64,000 nucleotides of DNA from the NCBI RefSeq assembly GCF_006345805.1, contig NW_021832598.1:43039-107038 (forward strand), written 5' to 3'. Position 1 is the stretch's first letter. Every line of letters begins with the position of its first letter. Source of the stretch: Octopus sinensis. Taxonomy: Eukaryota. The notes under the pieces are model-generated. The model ran no database searches and was not told where the DNA came from. It saw only the letters and a program-made list of their open reading frames with translations. The position numbers and the translations under genes were made by a program. This document shows, in pieces, positions 29,075-42,960 of the stretch.

Positions 29075-29432
29075 CTTTTATTCTTATATCTGTGTCAGTC
29101 ATTTGACTGCGGCCATGCTGGAGCACCGCCACTTTAATCAAACAATTTGACTTATACTTTTGTAAGCCTAGTACATAGTCTATCGGTTTCTTTAGCCGAA
29201 CCGCTAAGTTACAGGTACGTAAACACACTATTATCGATTGTCAAGAGATGGTAGGGGGACAAACAAGCAAAAACACACACACACACGCACATACAACTGG
29301 CTTCTTTTAGTTTCCGCTTTGATCGGCCCGAGACGTTAGTAGAAGACACCCTTGCCGAAGGTGCCACGCAGTGGATTGTACCCGGAACAATGAGGTTGGT
29401 AAGCTATCTACTTACCACACGGCCACTTCTGC
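29075..29432 (-). mobile_element. SINE family A, internally deleted
   Basis: Tail and head modules match family A. Confidence 0.8.
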
Positions 29433-29437
29433 ACCTA

Positions 29438-29489
<52 letters not shown>

Positions 29490-29558
29490 TATATATAACG
29501 GTAAGATAACAATAGAAAGAAAGAGACCTCAATATTATGTAAATAGAGGAAATTTATC

Positions 29559-30113
29559 TATACAATAATATGTTACATTACTCGATAGTCAAGATAAAAT
29601 TCTGAGTTTCAGATGCCGAAGTGGAAATCCACAACACCATCTCTTCGGTTATCTGGCTATTTGAAAACGCTATGAAAAAATACCGTTATACAAAGGGAAA
29701 TTACTCTGTTATAACTCTGCTTGCCTGCGTACTTATACATCGCTCGCATTTTTCGTCATAAAAATTATATAAAAATACATAAAAAATATATGAAAAATAT
29801 ATAAAATCTTCTTGGGACATAACATAGAAAGCATGTTCTATCTATGTTATGTCCCAAGAAGATTTTATATATTTTTCATATATTTTTTATATATTTTTTA
29901 TGTATTTTTATATAATTTTTATGACGAAAAATGCGAGCGATGTATAAGTACGCAGGCAAGCAGAGTTATAACAGAGTAATTTCCCTTTGTAGAACGGTAT
30001 TTTTTCATAGCGTTTTCAAATAGCCAGATAACCGAAGAGATGGTGTTGTGGATTTCCACTTCGGGATCTGAAACTCAGAGTTTTATCTTGACTATCGAGT
30101 AATGTAACATATT

Positions 30114-30121
<8 letters not shown>
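29559..30121. repeat. ~560-bp near-perfect palindrome (arms about 29559-29828 and 29841-30121)
   Basis: Arms are reverse complements with about 3 substitutions and one ~11-bp indel; 12-nt spacer AAGCATGTTCTA; flanked by (TA)n. Confidence 0.97.
30032..30088 (+). ncRNA. Candidate type-I hammerhead-like fold (mirror copy on the minus strand about 29592-29650)
   Basis: AGATAA|CCGAAGA|GATG..GTGGATTTCCAC..(G/C)ATC T|GAAA|CTCAGAG|TT|TTATCT. Helix I is 6 bp and helix III palindromic, but the core has U4C and helix II is irregular. Confidence 0.5.
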
Positions 30122-30152
<31 letters not shown>

Positions 30153-30354
30153 ATATTTCGGAATGGTCATTTTGCCAGTTTAGCCAATAAAAACACACGC
30201 ACTATATATTTGGTGTTATTTTGCTTCAGTGTTAGTTATTTTTTACCTTAATCTTAATCTTATTTCGGCCAGAGTTCTTTCGTCACACTCTTGTGACCGC
30301 ATCTGTGGTCCTTTGTTTTCTTCTTTGTTATTTGTGTCACTCCTTACTAACCGT

Positions 30355-30483
<129 letters not shown>

Positions 30484-30527
30484 TATATTCTTCTTTCTTA
30501 TTTGTGTCTCTCCTTACTAACCGTCAA

Positions 30528-30578
<51 letters not shown>

Positions 30579-30731
30579 CGTATTCTTTACTCTTTTATTA
30601 TTTTACTGTTCACTCATTCGAAGAACCTCATCGAAGGGTTTTATTCGACACCAAGTCATTATATAAACATAGTACTTATTGTGTCGGTGTCTTTTGCCGA
30701 ATCGCTAAGATATGGATATACATATACATAA

Positions 30732-30835
<104 letters not shown>

Positions 30836-30851
30836 GTATATGTATTATATA

Positions 30852-31275
30852 TATATATTTATATTTTTATATTTTTATATTTTTATATTTTATCTAGTTT
30901 CAGCTCACGAGCTGTCGCCATGCTGGGGCACCGCCATTCGGTGTTGTTACATGATTTTACTTCACGAATGCTTTTTAGCAATTGCCATTTGGTGCATGAG
31001 AGAGTTCGATGCAGCTGCCCTCATCTGCACCTCCTGTCGTGAAGTTGGTTCATCTGGGACACCTGACAGGAAGAGATCCAGTTTTATTTTAAAGACATCT
31101 GCATCCACACCATGCAGGTCTCTCAGGTCCTTCGGGAGGATATTGAAGAGCTGTGGACCTCTGAAGCCCAGGCTATCACAGTATCTTGTCCGAAATCTTG
31201 ATGGCAAATTTGGAGTCCTTGGCACTATGCAGTGGCGCCCAGTTCTAGTATTTGTGTAACTCTCTATGCCAAAGT
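30852..31275 (-). mobile_element. CR1-clade LINE 3' fragment with 8-nt repeat tail
   Basis: FRGPQLFNILPKDLRDL..VFKIKLDLFLSGVPDEP...RAAASNSL*, typical of invertebrate CR1 ORF2 C-termini; short 3' UTR and (ATAAAAAT)n tail. Confidence 0.75.
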
Positions 31276-31771
31276 TTGGGACAATATGAATACATACTAC
31301 TTTTAAATTCGTTAAGGAACATGCAAATAATGTTCCTATTTGACTTTGCTCGTTACCGTCTAATGATACTAACTAGTGAGTCAGTTTTTGGTGGTTGCAT
31401 CACGGTTATACCGATATAATGTAGGATAAATATAATAAAATAATAGCAATAATTCTAGGAAAGAATTCATAAATATGTATTGCATTGCTACGTACCTTTC
31501 CACAAATCACATGCTTCTGATATCAGAGTTTGTATCCTTAAAATTAGTACAGTATAGTCCTTGATATTGGCAAGAATGGTTAACTATCCCTCTGTGATTC
31601 ATCCAATAATGCAGTATCACCTGATGAACTGAATGAACGATGATGATCAACCGGATTCCCAGGGATGATTCGAACTAAACTGTATTAATCTCAAGGATAC
31701 CGAATCTGATTTCGAAATCCTGTGATTTGTGAAAACGTACCTGCATTAAATAATTATAAATTTCTCCCTAG

Positions 31772-31772
31772 A

Positions 31773-31850
<78 letters not shown>

Positions 31851-31897
31851 ATTATCATCATCATCAACATCATCATCATCATCATTATTATTATTAT
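31772..31897. repeat. Compound (ATT)(GTT)(ATC) microsatellite
   Basis: Directly visible. Confidence 0.95.
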
Positions 31898-33466
31898 ATG
31901 TGTATATACATATATATATATATATTCAGAGAGAAATATGCATACCATAGCTAGCTATACTTGAATATATAGACGCACATACTGACATACATGCATACAT
32001 GCATACGTATATAAACAGACACACAGACACACACATGAACGAACACACACTATATATGGATGTTGATATATGTATGAACGTATATTTATTATTTCTGCTT
32101 ACACACGTATTTGCACGGAAATGAAGAAAAGACTTAGAATAAAAAGCAATAATTAAAACCAGATATAATTTGGAGAAATAATGCATGAAAGATTTTCTCA
32201 TAAGTTTTCAGTTAGGTGCTTCATAATTACTCAAATTATGTTCGAGTGCAACGAAATGCACCAGTAAACATTTCATTTATATATTTGGTGCTGAAAATCA
32301 CCAGCTTGCATAGTGTATTGTTTTAAACTTCACTTTTATTTCTAAATTTTTTTATCTTTAGCAATTTGTCTTCTTTGCGGGGTCTACGACACTACAAATA
32401 CTTTATTTTCTTAAACTATTTGCGTGAATTTTCTTTGTAATTTTCTTGAGTAGAAAATTCGTTGTCAATTAGAAGAAATTGTTCTTTCTCACTTGTAGAA
32501 GCTGTTTTGCGTTTCGCCTTCTTACGTATCTTATTCTGATTTTCTATCATAAATCTCTGAAGGATAAAGCATGTCTGGAATATTTTCTCAGGATATATTT
32601 TATCACTTCCATATACTTCCTCACTGTAACATCCGCTTTAAAATTTGCGATATTAATATATTCCAAAGAATATGCAGTAAATCTATTTTAAGTCTCTCAT
32701 ATGACGCGTCGAGTGAAGGACGAGATATTCAAAATATTACAATGATTGTCTTTTTTCATGGATAAAAATGAGGTTTCATATTTCAAACCTCATTTTTATT
32801 TCTGCAAATAAAAAGTAGTGCATAATTTATACCCTTTCCTACTGAGATCTAAGTTAGGGTTAGGGTTAGGGTTTGGGAAGCAAAAGGCGAGTTATGAGCA
32901 CAGAAAATTCTAAGCGTTATAGAAACAAATGGCCACCTAATAATTCAGTTTCTTGGAGTGAGTGTACTTTATATTTCTTTGAGTCATTCGATTGCGGCTA
33001 TGCTGAGGCGCCACCTTGAAGGGTCTTAATCTAATGAATCGACTCCAGAGCTTTCTTTTTCTATAAAGCTTGGTACGTATTTTATCGGTTTCCTTTGCTG
33101 AACCTTTGGGTTAAGCAGACGTAAAGAAACCGACATAGGTTGTCAAGTGGAGGTGTTGGGACAAACACAGGTGCGCTCATACATACACACACACGCACTC
33201 ATGTATGTATATATATATATATATACATACAAAGCGCAGGTGTAGGTGGGGGTAAGTAGTTTGCTTCCCAACCACATAGTTCTGGATTCAGAATCATGGC
33301 ATTTAGGGCAAGTGACTTCTACCTTACGCAGACCAAAGCCTTGTAACTGGATTTCCTATACGAAAATTAAAAAAGACAGTCTTATATATATGTATGTATA
33401 TGTGTGTGTGTGTGTGTGTGTGCCGTTTTCTCTGCATCTGTTTCTGAAACACTACTTAAAAACCGA

Positions 33467-33527
<61 letters not shown>

Positions 33528-33548
33528 ATCATTATTATTATTATAGTC

Positions 33549-33941
33549 GCAGGAGTGGCTGTGTGGTAAGTAGCTTGCTAACCAACCACATGGTTCCGGG
33601 TTCAGTCCCACTGCGTGGCATCTTAGGCAAGTGTCTTCTGCTATAGCCCCGGGCCGACCAATGCCTTGTGAGTGGATTTGGTAGACGGAAACTGAAAGAA
33701 GCCTATCGTATATATGTATATATATATATGTGTGTGTGTTTGTCCCCCTAGCATTGCTTGACAACCGATGCTGGTGTGTTTACGTCCCCGTCACTTAGCG
33801 GTTCGGCAAAAAGAGACCGATAGAATAAGTACTAGGCTTACAAAGAATAAGTCCCGGGGTCGATTTGCTCGACTAAAGGCGGTGCTCCAGCATGGCCGCA
33901 GTCAAATGACTGAAACAAGTAAAAGAGTAAAAGAGTAAAAG
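33549..33941 (+). mobile_element. SINE family A, full-length, between ATT repeats
   Basis: Co-linear with other family A copies. Confidence 0.9.
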
Positions 33942-33997
<56 letters not shown>

Positions 33998-34205
33998 TTT
34001 TAGGCGGCGAAATAGCAGAATCCGTAGCACGCCGGGTAAAAATGCTTAGTGGCATTTTGTCCGACCTTACGTTCTGAGTTCAAATTCAGCCGTGGTCAAC
34101 TTTGGCTTTCATCCTTTCGGGGTCGATTCCAGTATTTGAATGCGGCCTAAAAACCAATTACGGACGCACTCAAATGACTGAAACAAGTAAAAGAATAAAA
34201 GAAAT

Positions 34206-34242
<37 letters not shown>

Positions 34243-34423
34243 GGGAAAGTTTACGAAAAATAACAAAGGACGAAGACAGGTGGTGTACAAAAGAAACAGA
34301 TGTATTAGTATTGTGCTCAGGAATAGAAAAAGTCCTTGACGTTTCGAGTCTACGCTCTTCTACCGAAAGGTTCACAGAAAGGTACACAGAAAAAACAAGG
34401 AGAGGATAAAATGTGTGTAGTGG

Positions 34424-34466
<43 letters not shown>

Positions 34467-34925
34467 TATATATATATAGTTGAAATTTACAGGAAAACAA
34501 AGGACGAAGATACTAACTGGCTTCTGTCGGTTTTCGTCTACCAAATCCACTCATAAAGCTGTAGTCGACTCAGGGCTATAGTAGGAGACACTTGTCTAAT
34601 GTGTTATGTTCTTTCCACACAGTCACGACTTTTAACTTGTTTTTTTTTTCTTTTCAGGTTGCTTTTAATTTATAAATGGTGTTTTGAAGTAATGTTATTT
34701 CTACAAAACATATGCAATTTTCTGTCAATATATACTCATTCAATAGACAAAAATATTTCACTTGAATAATGCATTCATGTTCCTAAACAATCAAATCTAT
34801 AAAGTAGCTATAGATAAAAAAATGTATAATAAAAAGTGCAAATTGTTTTCTTGTATCGGAATATATATACTTATTGGACAATAATAATCCACTTAAATGC
34901 GTATTCAAATTTGTAACTAATTCAC

Positions 34926-34962
<37 letters not shown>

Positions 34963-34982
34963 TAATAATAATAATAATAATG

Positions 34983-35027
<45 letters not shown>

Positions 35028-35098
35028 TAATAATAACCCAAGGCACACAGAGCTGCGCTCGGTAGTGAAGTGAAAGCACGCTGTAAAAAATAAAACTA

Positions 35099-35160
<62 letters not shown>

Positions 35161-35365
35161 TAATTATGATGATGATGATAATAGGAAGCTAAAATATCAA
35201 TATTCTTTGGAAAATTTTAAAAAGCTATTGTGGCAAATTTGTTAATTGTTGAGTATCTCCTTTCTCCACCAATCGTGTCTATATAAGAACCTATACAAAT
35301 TTTACAAATGTTTACCTCCGAAACACCAGCATATAACTTACAAGTTCCATTTTGAATTTTCAGCA

Positions 35366-35443
<78 letters not shown>

Positions 35444-35444
35444 T

Positions 35445-36845
35445 TAGGCGGTGAACTGGCAGAATCGTTAGAACGCCCGATTAAATGCTTAGCGGCATTT
35501 CGTCCGTCCTTACGTTCTGAGTTCAAATTCAGCCGATGTCAATTTTGGCCTTCATCCTTCTGCGGTCGATAAAGTAAGTACCAATGAAACACTTGGGTCG
35601 ATGTAATCGATTAGCCCTCTCACTCAAAATTTCACGCTTTGTGCCAACAGTAGAAAGGTTTATGACCCTATTAAAAGACAAGGATCTGGCCGAATCGTTA
35701 GCACGCCGGATGAATTCCTTAGCAGCATTTCATTCTAACATTACGTTCTGAGTTCAAATTCCACCGAGGTCGACTTCATTGTTTATCATTTCGCGGTCAT
35801 TAAGATAAATACCAGTTGAACATTAGTGTCCTACCCCAAAATTTCAGGCCTTGTATCTATTGATAGAAAGAATTGTTACTCTCGATTAAAGCCAAGGTCT
35901 ATTTTCAAATTCAGGAGTGAACATGCCTGCTCATGGAAATATCGCCGAAAAGGGCATCAAAGTGTTGCGTACGTTGTTTCTATTCACTGCATGTTTAATA
36001 TTGCGTTCAAATTTTGGCACAAGGGCATCAATTTTCAAGGAAGTGTTAAGTCGATTACATCGACCCCAGTGAGTAACTGGTAATTATTTTATCGACGTCG
36101 AAGTAATGAATGACAAAGACAACTACGGTGGCATTTGAACTCAAAACGTAAAGTCGGAAGAAATGCCGCTTAGCAGTTTTGTCCGGTGCGGTAACGATTC
36201 TGCCAGATTTTGTACCCTTTATATGAACTTCGTACTCTGCCATAAAATTTGGTTTTGAGAATATATTATTAGTCTTTTGAATCAAGGCGGCGCTGGCAGA
36301 ACCATTAGCACGCCGGGCGAAATGCTTAGCAGTACTTCGTCTGCCGCTACGTTCTGAGTTCAAATTCCACCGAGGTCGACTTTGCCTTTCAGCCTTTCGG
36401 GGTCGATTAAATAAGTACCAGTTACGCACTGGTGTCGATATAATAGACTTAATCCGTTTGTCTGTCCTTGTTTGTCCTTTCTGTGTGTAGCCCCTTGTCG
36501 GTAGTAAAGGAATAATTATTTCGTCTGCCGCTACGTTCTGAGTTCAAATTCCGCCGAGGTTGACTTTGCCTTTCAGCCTTTCGGGGTCGATTAAATAAGT
36601 ACCAGTTACGCACTGGTGTCGATATAGCCGACTTGATCCGTTTGTCTGTCCTTATTTGTCCTCTCTGTGTTTAGCCCCATATATGTAGTAAAGAAATAAG
36701 AATCTGACAGACAAGATACTTAGCAGAGTTCAAATTCTGCCATTTATTGTTTCGGACTCGATTAAATAAGTACCAGTTGAGCAATGGGTCGATTTAATCG
36801 ACTTCCCCCACCCCTCAAAACTGCTGGCCTTGTCTCTCAATTTCA
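35445..36845 (+). mobile_element. SINE family B array, mostly plus strand (one inverted copy about 36000-36210)
   Basis: Reverse complement of the arrays at 16-25 kb. Confidence 0.8.
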
Positions 36846-36940
36846 AGCCAACATTAGATCTGGAAACAAAATTACGCCTAGATCATAGCGTAATCTGATA
36901 GAACAGAATTATTATTGATATTGTCATGTTATGTAAAATA

Positions 36941-37815
36941 CAAGGGGGTATCGAAAAGTAACCGGAAACGTTCTCTGTAGGACAAGCCCTTTGTAGTCCA
37001 GGCCGCCACCGCTACAAGCCACTTGATGTAACCCTCAGGCATCAGTTTGCAGAGCAGCATCTTCCAGTGAGGTCGTATTGCCACGTGGTGCGTCTTTGTT
37101 TTGCAGTGCTTCTCCCCTGTTCGTCGATTTTTGCGATGGCTGAAACGAATGAACAGCGTGCTTCTGTGAAATTCTGTTTTCTGCCTGGGAAAACAGTGGT
37201 AGAAACAGTTGTCATACTTCAGACAGCTTAGAAATTTACGAGTGGTTTTCACGCTTTAGAATTGGTCACTTATCTCTTGAAGATCAACCTCAATCAGGGT
37301 GAAAGTCAACCTTCCGAAAGAATGAAAGCATCACCAAAATTCATGATCTGATCTTGGAGGACCGTCGCCGAACAAGTGACGAACTTGTTGATATGACTGG
37401 TGTTCCCGTAGTCCCTGCCAACGAATTTTCAGCGAGGAATTGCGAATGAAAAGAGCTGCTGCAAAATTTGTGCCTCGCTTGTTCATGGAAGATCAAAAGC
37501 AGTGAACTGCTATTGTGAACTGAAAAAAATAGTTGGAATTTGATCCGGACTTTTATTCGAATGTCATTACAGGTAACGAAAGATGTTGCTACGGAATTTT
37601 AGTTGTGACAAAGGTGAAGAAATAAACAACGGAGGCATTAAAAGGCATCACTTTGCAAGAGTTCCACGACGGCTTCGAACAGTGGAAAACGCGTCTGGAC
37701 CGATGTATTGCTTCAAATGGAGAATATTTTGAAAGCTATAAAAGTGTAAACATGTAAAACTAAGTGAATAAAATAATATTGTAAAATTCCAGTTTCTTTT
37801 GTGCACACCCTCTTA
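36941..37815 (+). mobile_element. Internally deleted mariner relic
   Basis: TA-flanked degenerate TIRs; MAETNEQRASVKFCFLPGKTVVET and IYEWFSRF...SLEDQP mariner N-terminal motifs. Confidence 0.75.
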
Positions 37816-38089
37816 TATACATACATATATACAGTGTACTGTTTCGTGATGGTAAGCTCAACAAAAGTGTACTTCATGCTGTGAGAGATAAATACTCTCT
37901 AATAATCACAATATATGTGCTACTATTAGTTCCATGTACTGTATATATTGCACAACTGACAGAGGATTGTGAGTGTCTGACTGCACTTTAGGTGCATCGG
38001 TCGATGCTTGATTCATGACTGCAGTTGAATCAAGGAAACGAGCTGTGAAAGAGCAAGTCTTTTAAAAGATAGCCACACCTGGTCACCGT

Positions 38090-39345
38090 CAAAGAATTGC
38101 TAGAGATCTCGCAGCTTCAGTGCATGTATGCGCACCAGCAACCGCTGCATGTCCAGTCCTCCATTCAGTGGGTGTTGGCAAGTGAAGCGCCTTCCACAAA
38201 TAATGGAAGACTATGCGCTCCAATTTGATAAGACTCAAGCTGAGGCACAATTTAAATTTGTGTGTAGTATTACATGAAGGTGCAAACACGAAAGCAGCAA
38301 TATATCACATTCTACTGTCAAGGAAGATTGCAAATTCGCAAGGAAACTTGGCATTAACCCTGAATTAGCTGAAGAACCTGAAACCACAGCCACGAAAAAG
38401 GCAAAACGGATCACGCAGACAACAAAAAGGAACAGGCAGAAACAAATTGGAGAGCGGTGAAGCATGGACAGTATATAATTCAAAGCCAAAATGCTGATGT
38501 AGATCAAACAATTCATCAGTAGCTGAGAATCTCAGGACTGAAAGCAGAGACTGAAAGTTTCATATTGGCGGCACATGATCAAAGCTTGCTTTAAAAAACT
38601 AGCAGGCTAACGTTCTTCAAAATCGTCCTGACCCTCCCTAAATGCAGATTCTGCGAAAAATTTGGTAAAACAATAGATGATCTCGTCTCGAGATGTACTG
38701 TGCTGACAGCAAACGAATACAACAATCGCCTCGGTCGGGAAGGACAGTATTTACATTGGAAAATATGTAAACACTGCAAAATTAGCACTCCTGAGCAAGT
38801 CGTTGAATGTAAAAATGTCACCATCTTTTGGGATTTTTCAGTCAACACCGACAAAATGATCCAGGCTAATCGACCAGACATAGTCATTAAAGACGGAGAA
38901 GAAAATACTTGTAGACTAATTTATATAAGTGTTCTCACTGATAAAAAATATATCTGTCAAGGGATTTGACAAATTAAGTAAATATAAGGAGCTGGAAATT
39001 AAAATACAAAAGGTGTGGCATCTTAAAGCGAGAACTGGTCCTGTTATTGTGAATGCTCCAGGCATGATAAGAAAGGGATGCCAAAAACAGCTACATAATA
39101 TCTCAAGAGAACCATGCCCCAGAGAAATCCAAAAGATTGTGCTGAGAAGTAATGCCCACGTCCTTAGGTACACCCTATCAATTTAAATGTATGTGTTTAA
39201 TTACATGAAGATATTTCGCTACTGCCCTTGTCACTTCCTCTCCCGAACATTTCAATCATACTGTAACATCTCGTATCCTTTACTCGCCGTAGGACGCTGT
39301 GTGTTACTCGGCGAGTGATTGTAAAAAACATGCAGATCAAAAGTA
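38090..39345 (+). mobile_element. Degraded R4/Dong RLE retrotransposon 3' part
   Basis: AAHDQSL, CRFC, NRPDIVIKD, KLSKYKELEIKIQKVWHLK; followed by (TAC)n(TAA)n at 39350-39500. Confidence 0.88.
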
Positions 39346-39351
39346 AATACG

Positions 39352-39394
<43 letters not shown>

Positions 39395-39437
39395 ATAATA
39401 ATAATAATAATATAATAATAATAATAATAATAATAAT

Positions 39438-39489
<52 letters not shown>

Positions 39490-39518
39490 TAATAATAATA
39501 ATTCTAAAGACTCCGCCG

Positions 39519-39827
39519 GTTACGACGACGAGGGTCCCAGCTGATACGATCAACGGAACAGCTTGCTCGTGAAATTAACGTGCAAATGGCTGAGCATTCC
39601 ACAGACACGTGTACCCTTAACGTAGTTCTCGGGGATAATCAGCGTGACACAGAGAGTGACAAGGCTGACCCTTTGAAATACAAGTACAACTCATTTTTGC
39701 CAGCTGAGTGGACTGGAGCAACGTGAAATAAAGTGTCTTGCTCAAGGACACAACGCGTCGCCGGGAATCGAACTCACAACCTTACGATCATGAGCCGAAT
39801 GCCCTAACCACTAAGCCACGCGCCCTC
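39519..39827 (-). mobile_element. tRNA-derived SINE (family C)
   Basis: A and B boxes; co-linear with 57259-57567. Confidence 0.88.
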
Positions 39828-39849
39828 ACTAATATTAATTACAGTATTT

Positions 39850-42800
39850 GTAATTGTGCAGTAGAGCTCGAAGCTATCAAAAGACGGAAAACAGCAACAG
39901 AGGAAACGATGAAAATACAGTTCCTACCGATAAAATTAACCTCATAGCAGAAAACAGAGGTAAAATCTCTAATAAACCACAGGAAAGGAGCAGTGATAGC
40001 TTACTCAATGAGAGACATATAGATGGATTGGAAGAAGAGAATACAACTCATGGTGACCTGACAGATGGGCAAAAGGCAATCTACGACAGAATAAAGGTAA
40101 GGCTAGAGGAGAAAGATAACGACATTATTTACAACCTTAAAAGGCTAATCGGTGGAAATTGAACCAAGAAACGAAAAATGTGAATGAAATTCTGAAATAC
40201 ATCAGAACAAAAACATCACAAAATCAAATAATTTGATCAAGGCAGCAAATATTTTTGTAGCATAAAATGTGGGTGTTGATGTCAAGAATAAGAAATATAA
40301 TCGGAGTGACAAAAGAAAAGCTCCATGGTGGAAAAGAAGATTACAGGCGGGGCTAGATATTTTCTCGAAGGACATTTTTGTGTTAGACCGAAAAGAAAAG
40401 GGTAGCTTAAAAGCGAACAAAAATACAGGGCACTGAACAAGAAGTATAATGTTGAAAGAAAGGGTCTGAAAGTGGTAATGGAGGAACTGAAACAGCGCCT
40501 CGTTGCAAAGATCTTACCAAAGAATGCCAGAGTAGATCATAAGAGACTATACGAAAACTAAATGGAGAGTGTACCGATGAAAAGTTGATACCAGATAACA
40601 TTGAAAGTCGAAGTTTTTGGAGTGACATCTGGAGCAACGACAAGGACCACAACAATGATGCTGAATGGCTGCAAGCACTGAAACAAACTATAGTCTATCC
40701 AAAACAGCCAGAACTAGTCATTTCAGTTAGGGAAGTGAAAGAAATTAGTAAATAAATGGGTGGCTGGAAGGCCCCGGGGCCAGATGGATTTCAAGGCTAC
40801 AGGATCAAAAGACTTAGTGAATGTCATGCACGAATAGCTGTACAACTCAACACCTAGTTAAATACCGACCACGTACACCAGAGTGGTTGACAATGGATAG
40901 GACAGTGCTGTGCTTGAAAAACATCGAAAAGGCAATACGGTAGACAATTACAGGCCGATATCTTGCTTGCCACTTGTGTGGAAATTATTGACTGGAATAG
41001 TCGCAGAGTCAATGTACGGATATCTGGAAAGAAATGGAGTCCTGCAACATGAGCAGAAGGGTTGCAAGCGTAAGTGCAGAGGTATCAAAGATCAACACAA
41101 AATTGTACTTAGAGACGGCAAAAGGAGAAAAACCAGCTTAGCCATGTTATGGATCGTTTATCGCAAGGAGGACGATATGATCTCACATTCTTGGAGTATG
41201 GATTATATGAACCTATTTGGTATTGCATCGAATGTTGAGCGATTGTTTTGGAAAAGTTATGGCGGAGAGGAGGACGGGTCTAACAGCATATGGAAGAAGT
41301 TTAGGGACTGTAGAAATCAGGAGAGGCAACTTCCGAGGGGACTGCCTGTCCCCACTGATCTTTGTACTGTGTATGATACTACTAACACTGATTATGGGTT
41401 AAGCGAAAACTGGGTATGTATTCAAAAGCCACCAACAAAAAGTCGAACATTTGTTATTCATGGATGACCTCAAACTTTATGGTAAAGGTGAATCCCAAGT
41501 CAATTCCCTTGTTGATATGGTGTATACTTTCAGTGTTGATATCAGAATGGAGTTCGGACTGAAAAAATGTGGTATGTTAGTCTTGAAGAGAGACAAAATC
41601 ATATGTATGTACGTGTTAGCGATAATGTCGGGGGAGGTTATGAAGCAGATAGAAGAGATGGGCTAAAAGTACTTGAGGATATTGGAAATGGATCAATTCA
41701 TGGAGAAAGAAATGACGGAAACATTTTAGGTGGAATACTTGCGCACACTGAGACTGATACTTAAGTCGAAATTAGACGGACGGAATAGGATTGGAGCTAT
41801 CAAAACCTAGGCGGTTTCACTCCTTAGATATGGAGCAGGGGTAATCGCATGGACAGTAGACGAACTAAACTGCTTATACAGAAAGACAAGGAAGTTGCTG
41901 ACTACATATGGGATACTCCACCCAAAATGTGACACAGACAGACTGTATGTACCAAGAAAAAGGGGGAAGAGGACAGATTGGATGCAAACACAGCGTTAGA
42001 GCAGAAGAAATCCATATAGCACGGTGTGTAAAAAATGCTACAGAACATCTGTTAGTGGATTTAAGGAGGTAAGGCTTGTGTAGGTTGGAAGATTACAAAT
42101 ATAAAGCACTTGAGAATGAATTAAACTTTAAATAAGTGGATAAAGAAAAGAATGCATGGACAATTTCATAGGGATGATGAAGATAAGGCAGACAGAGAAA
42201 AACGATAGCTATGAATGGCTAAAAGTGATGTAAAACGGGAAACGGAAGCTCTAATCTGTGCTGCCCAAAGCAAGCACTAAGAACCAATCACATCAAATAC
42301 AGAATAGACAACACATCAGAAAGTGATAAGTGCAGAATTTGTGGACAAAATGGTGAAACCGTATAGCATTTTACCAGTCAATGTACGCACTCACCCCAAA
42401 AAGAATATAAGAGACATCATGACAATATAGCAAAGATTGTCTATTGGACACGTTGCAACAAGTATGGACTTGAAAGAACAGAAATGTGTTGCGAGCATAA
42501 AATCGAAGGCTTCATCGAAATTGATAATGAAAAGATCATATGGGATTTTATGATTCAGTGCGACCATGAGATAGAAAAGAGGAAGACAGACGTAGTGTTA
42601 ATTCAGAAAGAATGCAAACTATGCTGGATCATAGATATAGCATGCCAAATTGACAACATGGTATGCGATAAGGAAAAATGGAAAGTTGATAGATATGAAA
42701 AGTCCTCTTGAGAGATTAAGCAGTTGTGGTCGATGAAAAAGAGGGTAGTAATACCAATAATTTTCGGAGCCCTGGGAACACTGAGTAAAAATCTTGAGAA

Positions 42801-42960
42801 GTACGTTGAACAAATAGGGGCTGCAAGAATAGGCGGCTGGACATGACAGAGGATGGACGTATTTTTTCGATGCTCTGAACTGGCAACAGCTAACCCAGCA
42901 GGACAACTGAAAAAAACAACTGTAGAAAACTGGAAGATCTCCTGTTTTCTGTGAGTAATT
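39850..42960 (+). mobile_element. Degraded near-full-length R4/Dong retrotransposon, distinct subfamily
   Basis: [67 protein letters not shown]; many frameshifts. Confidence 0.9.
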
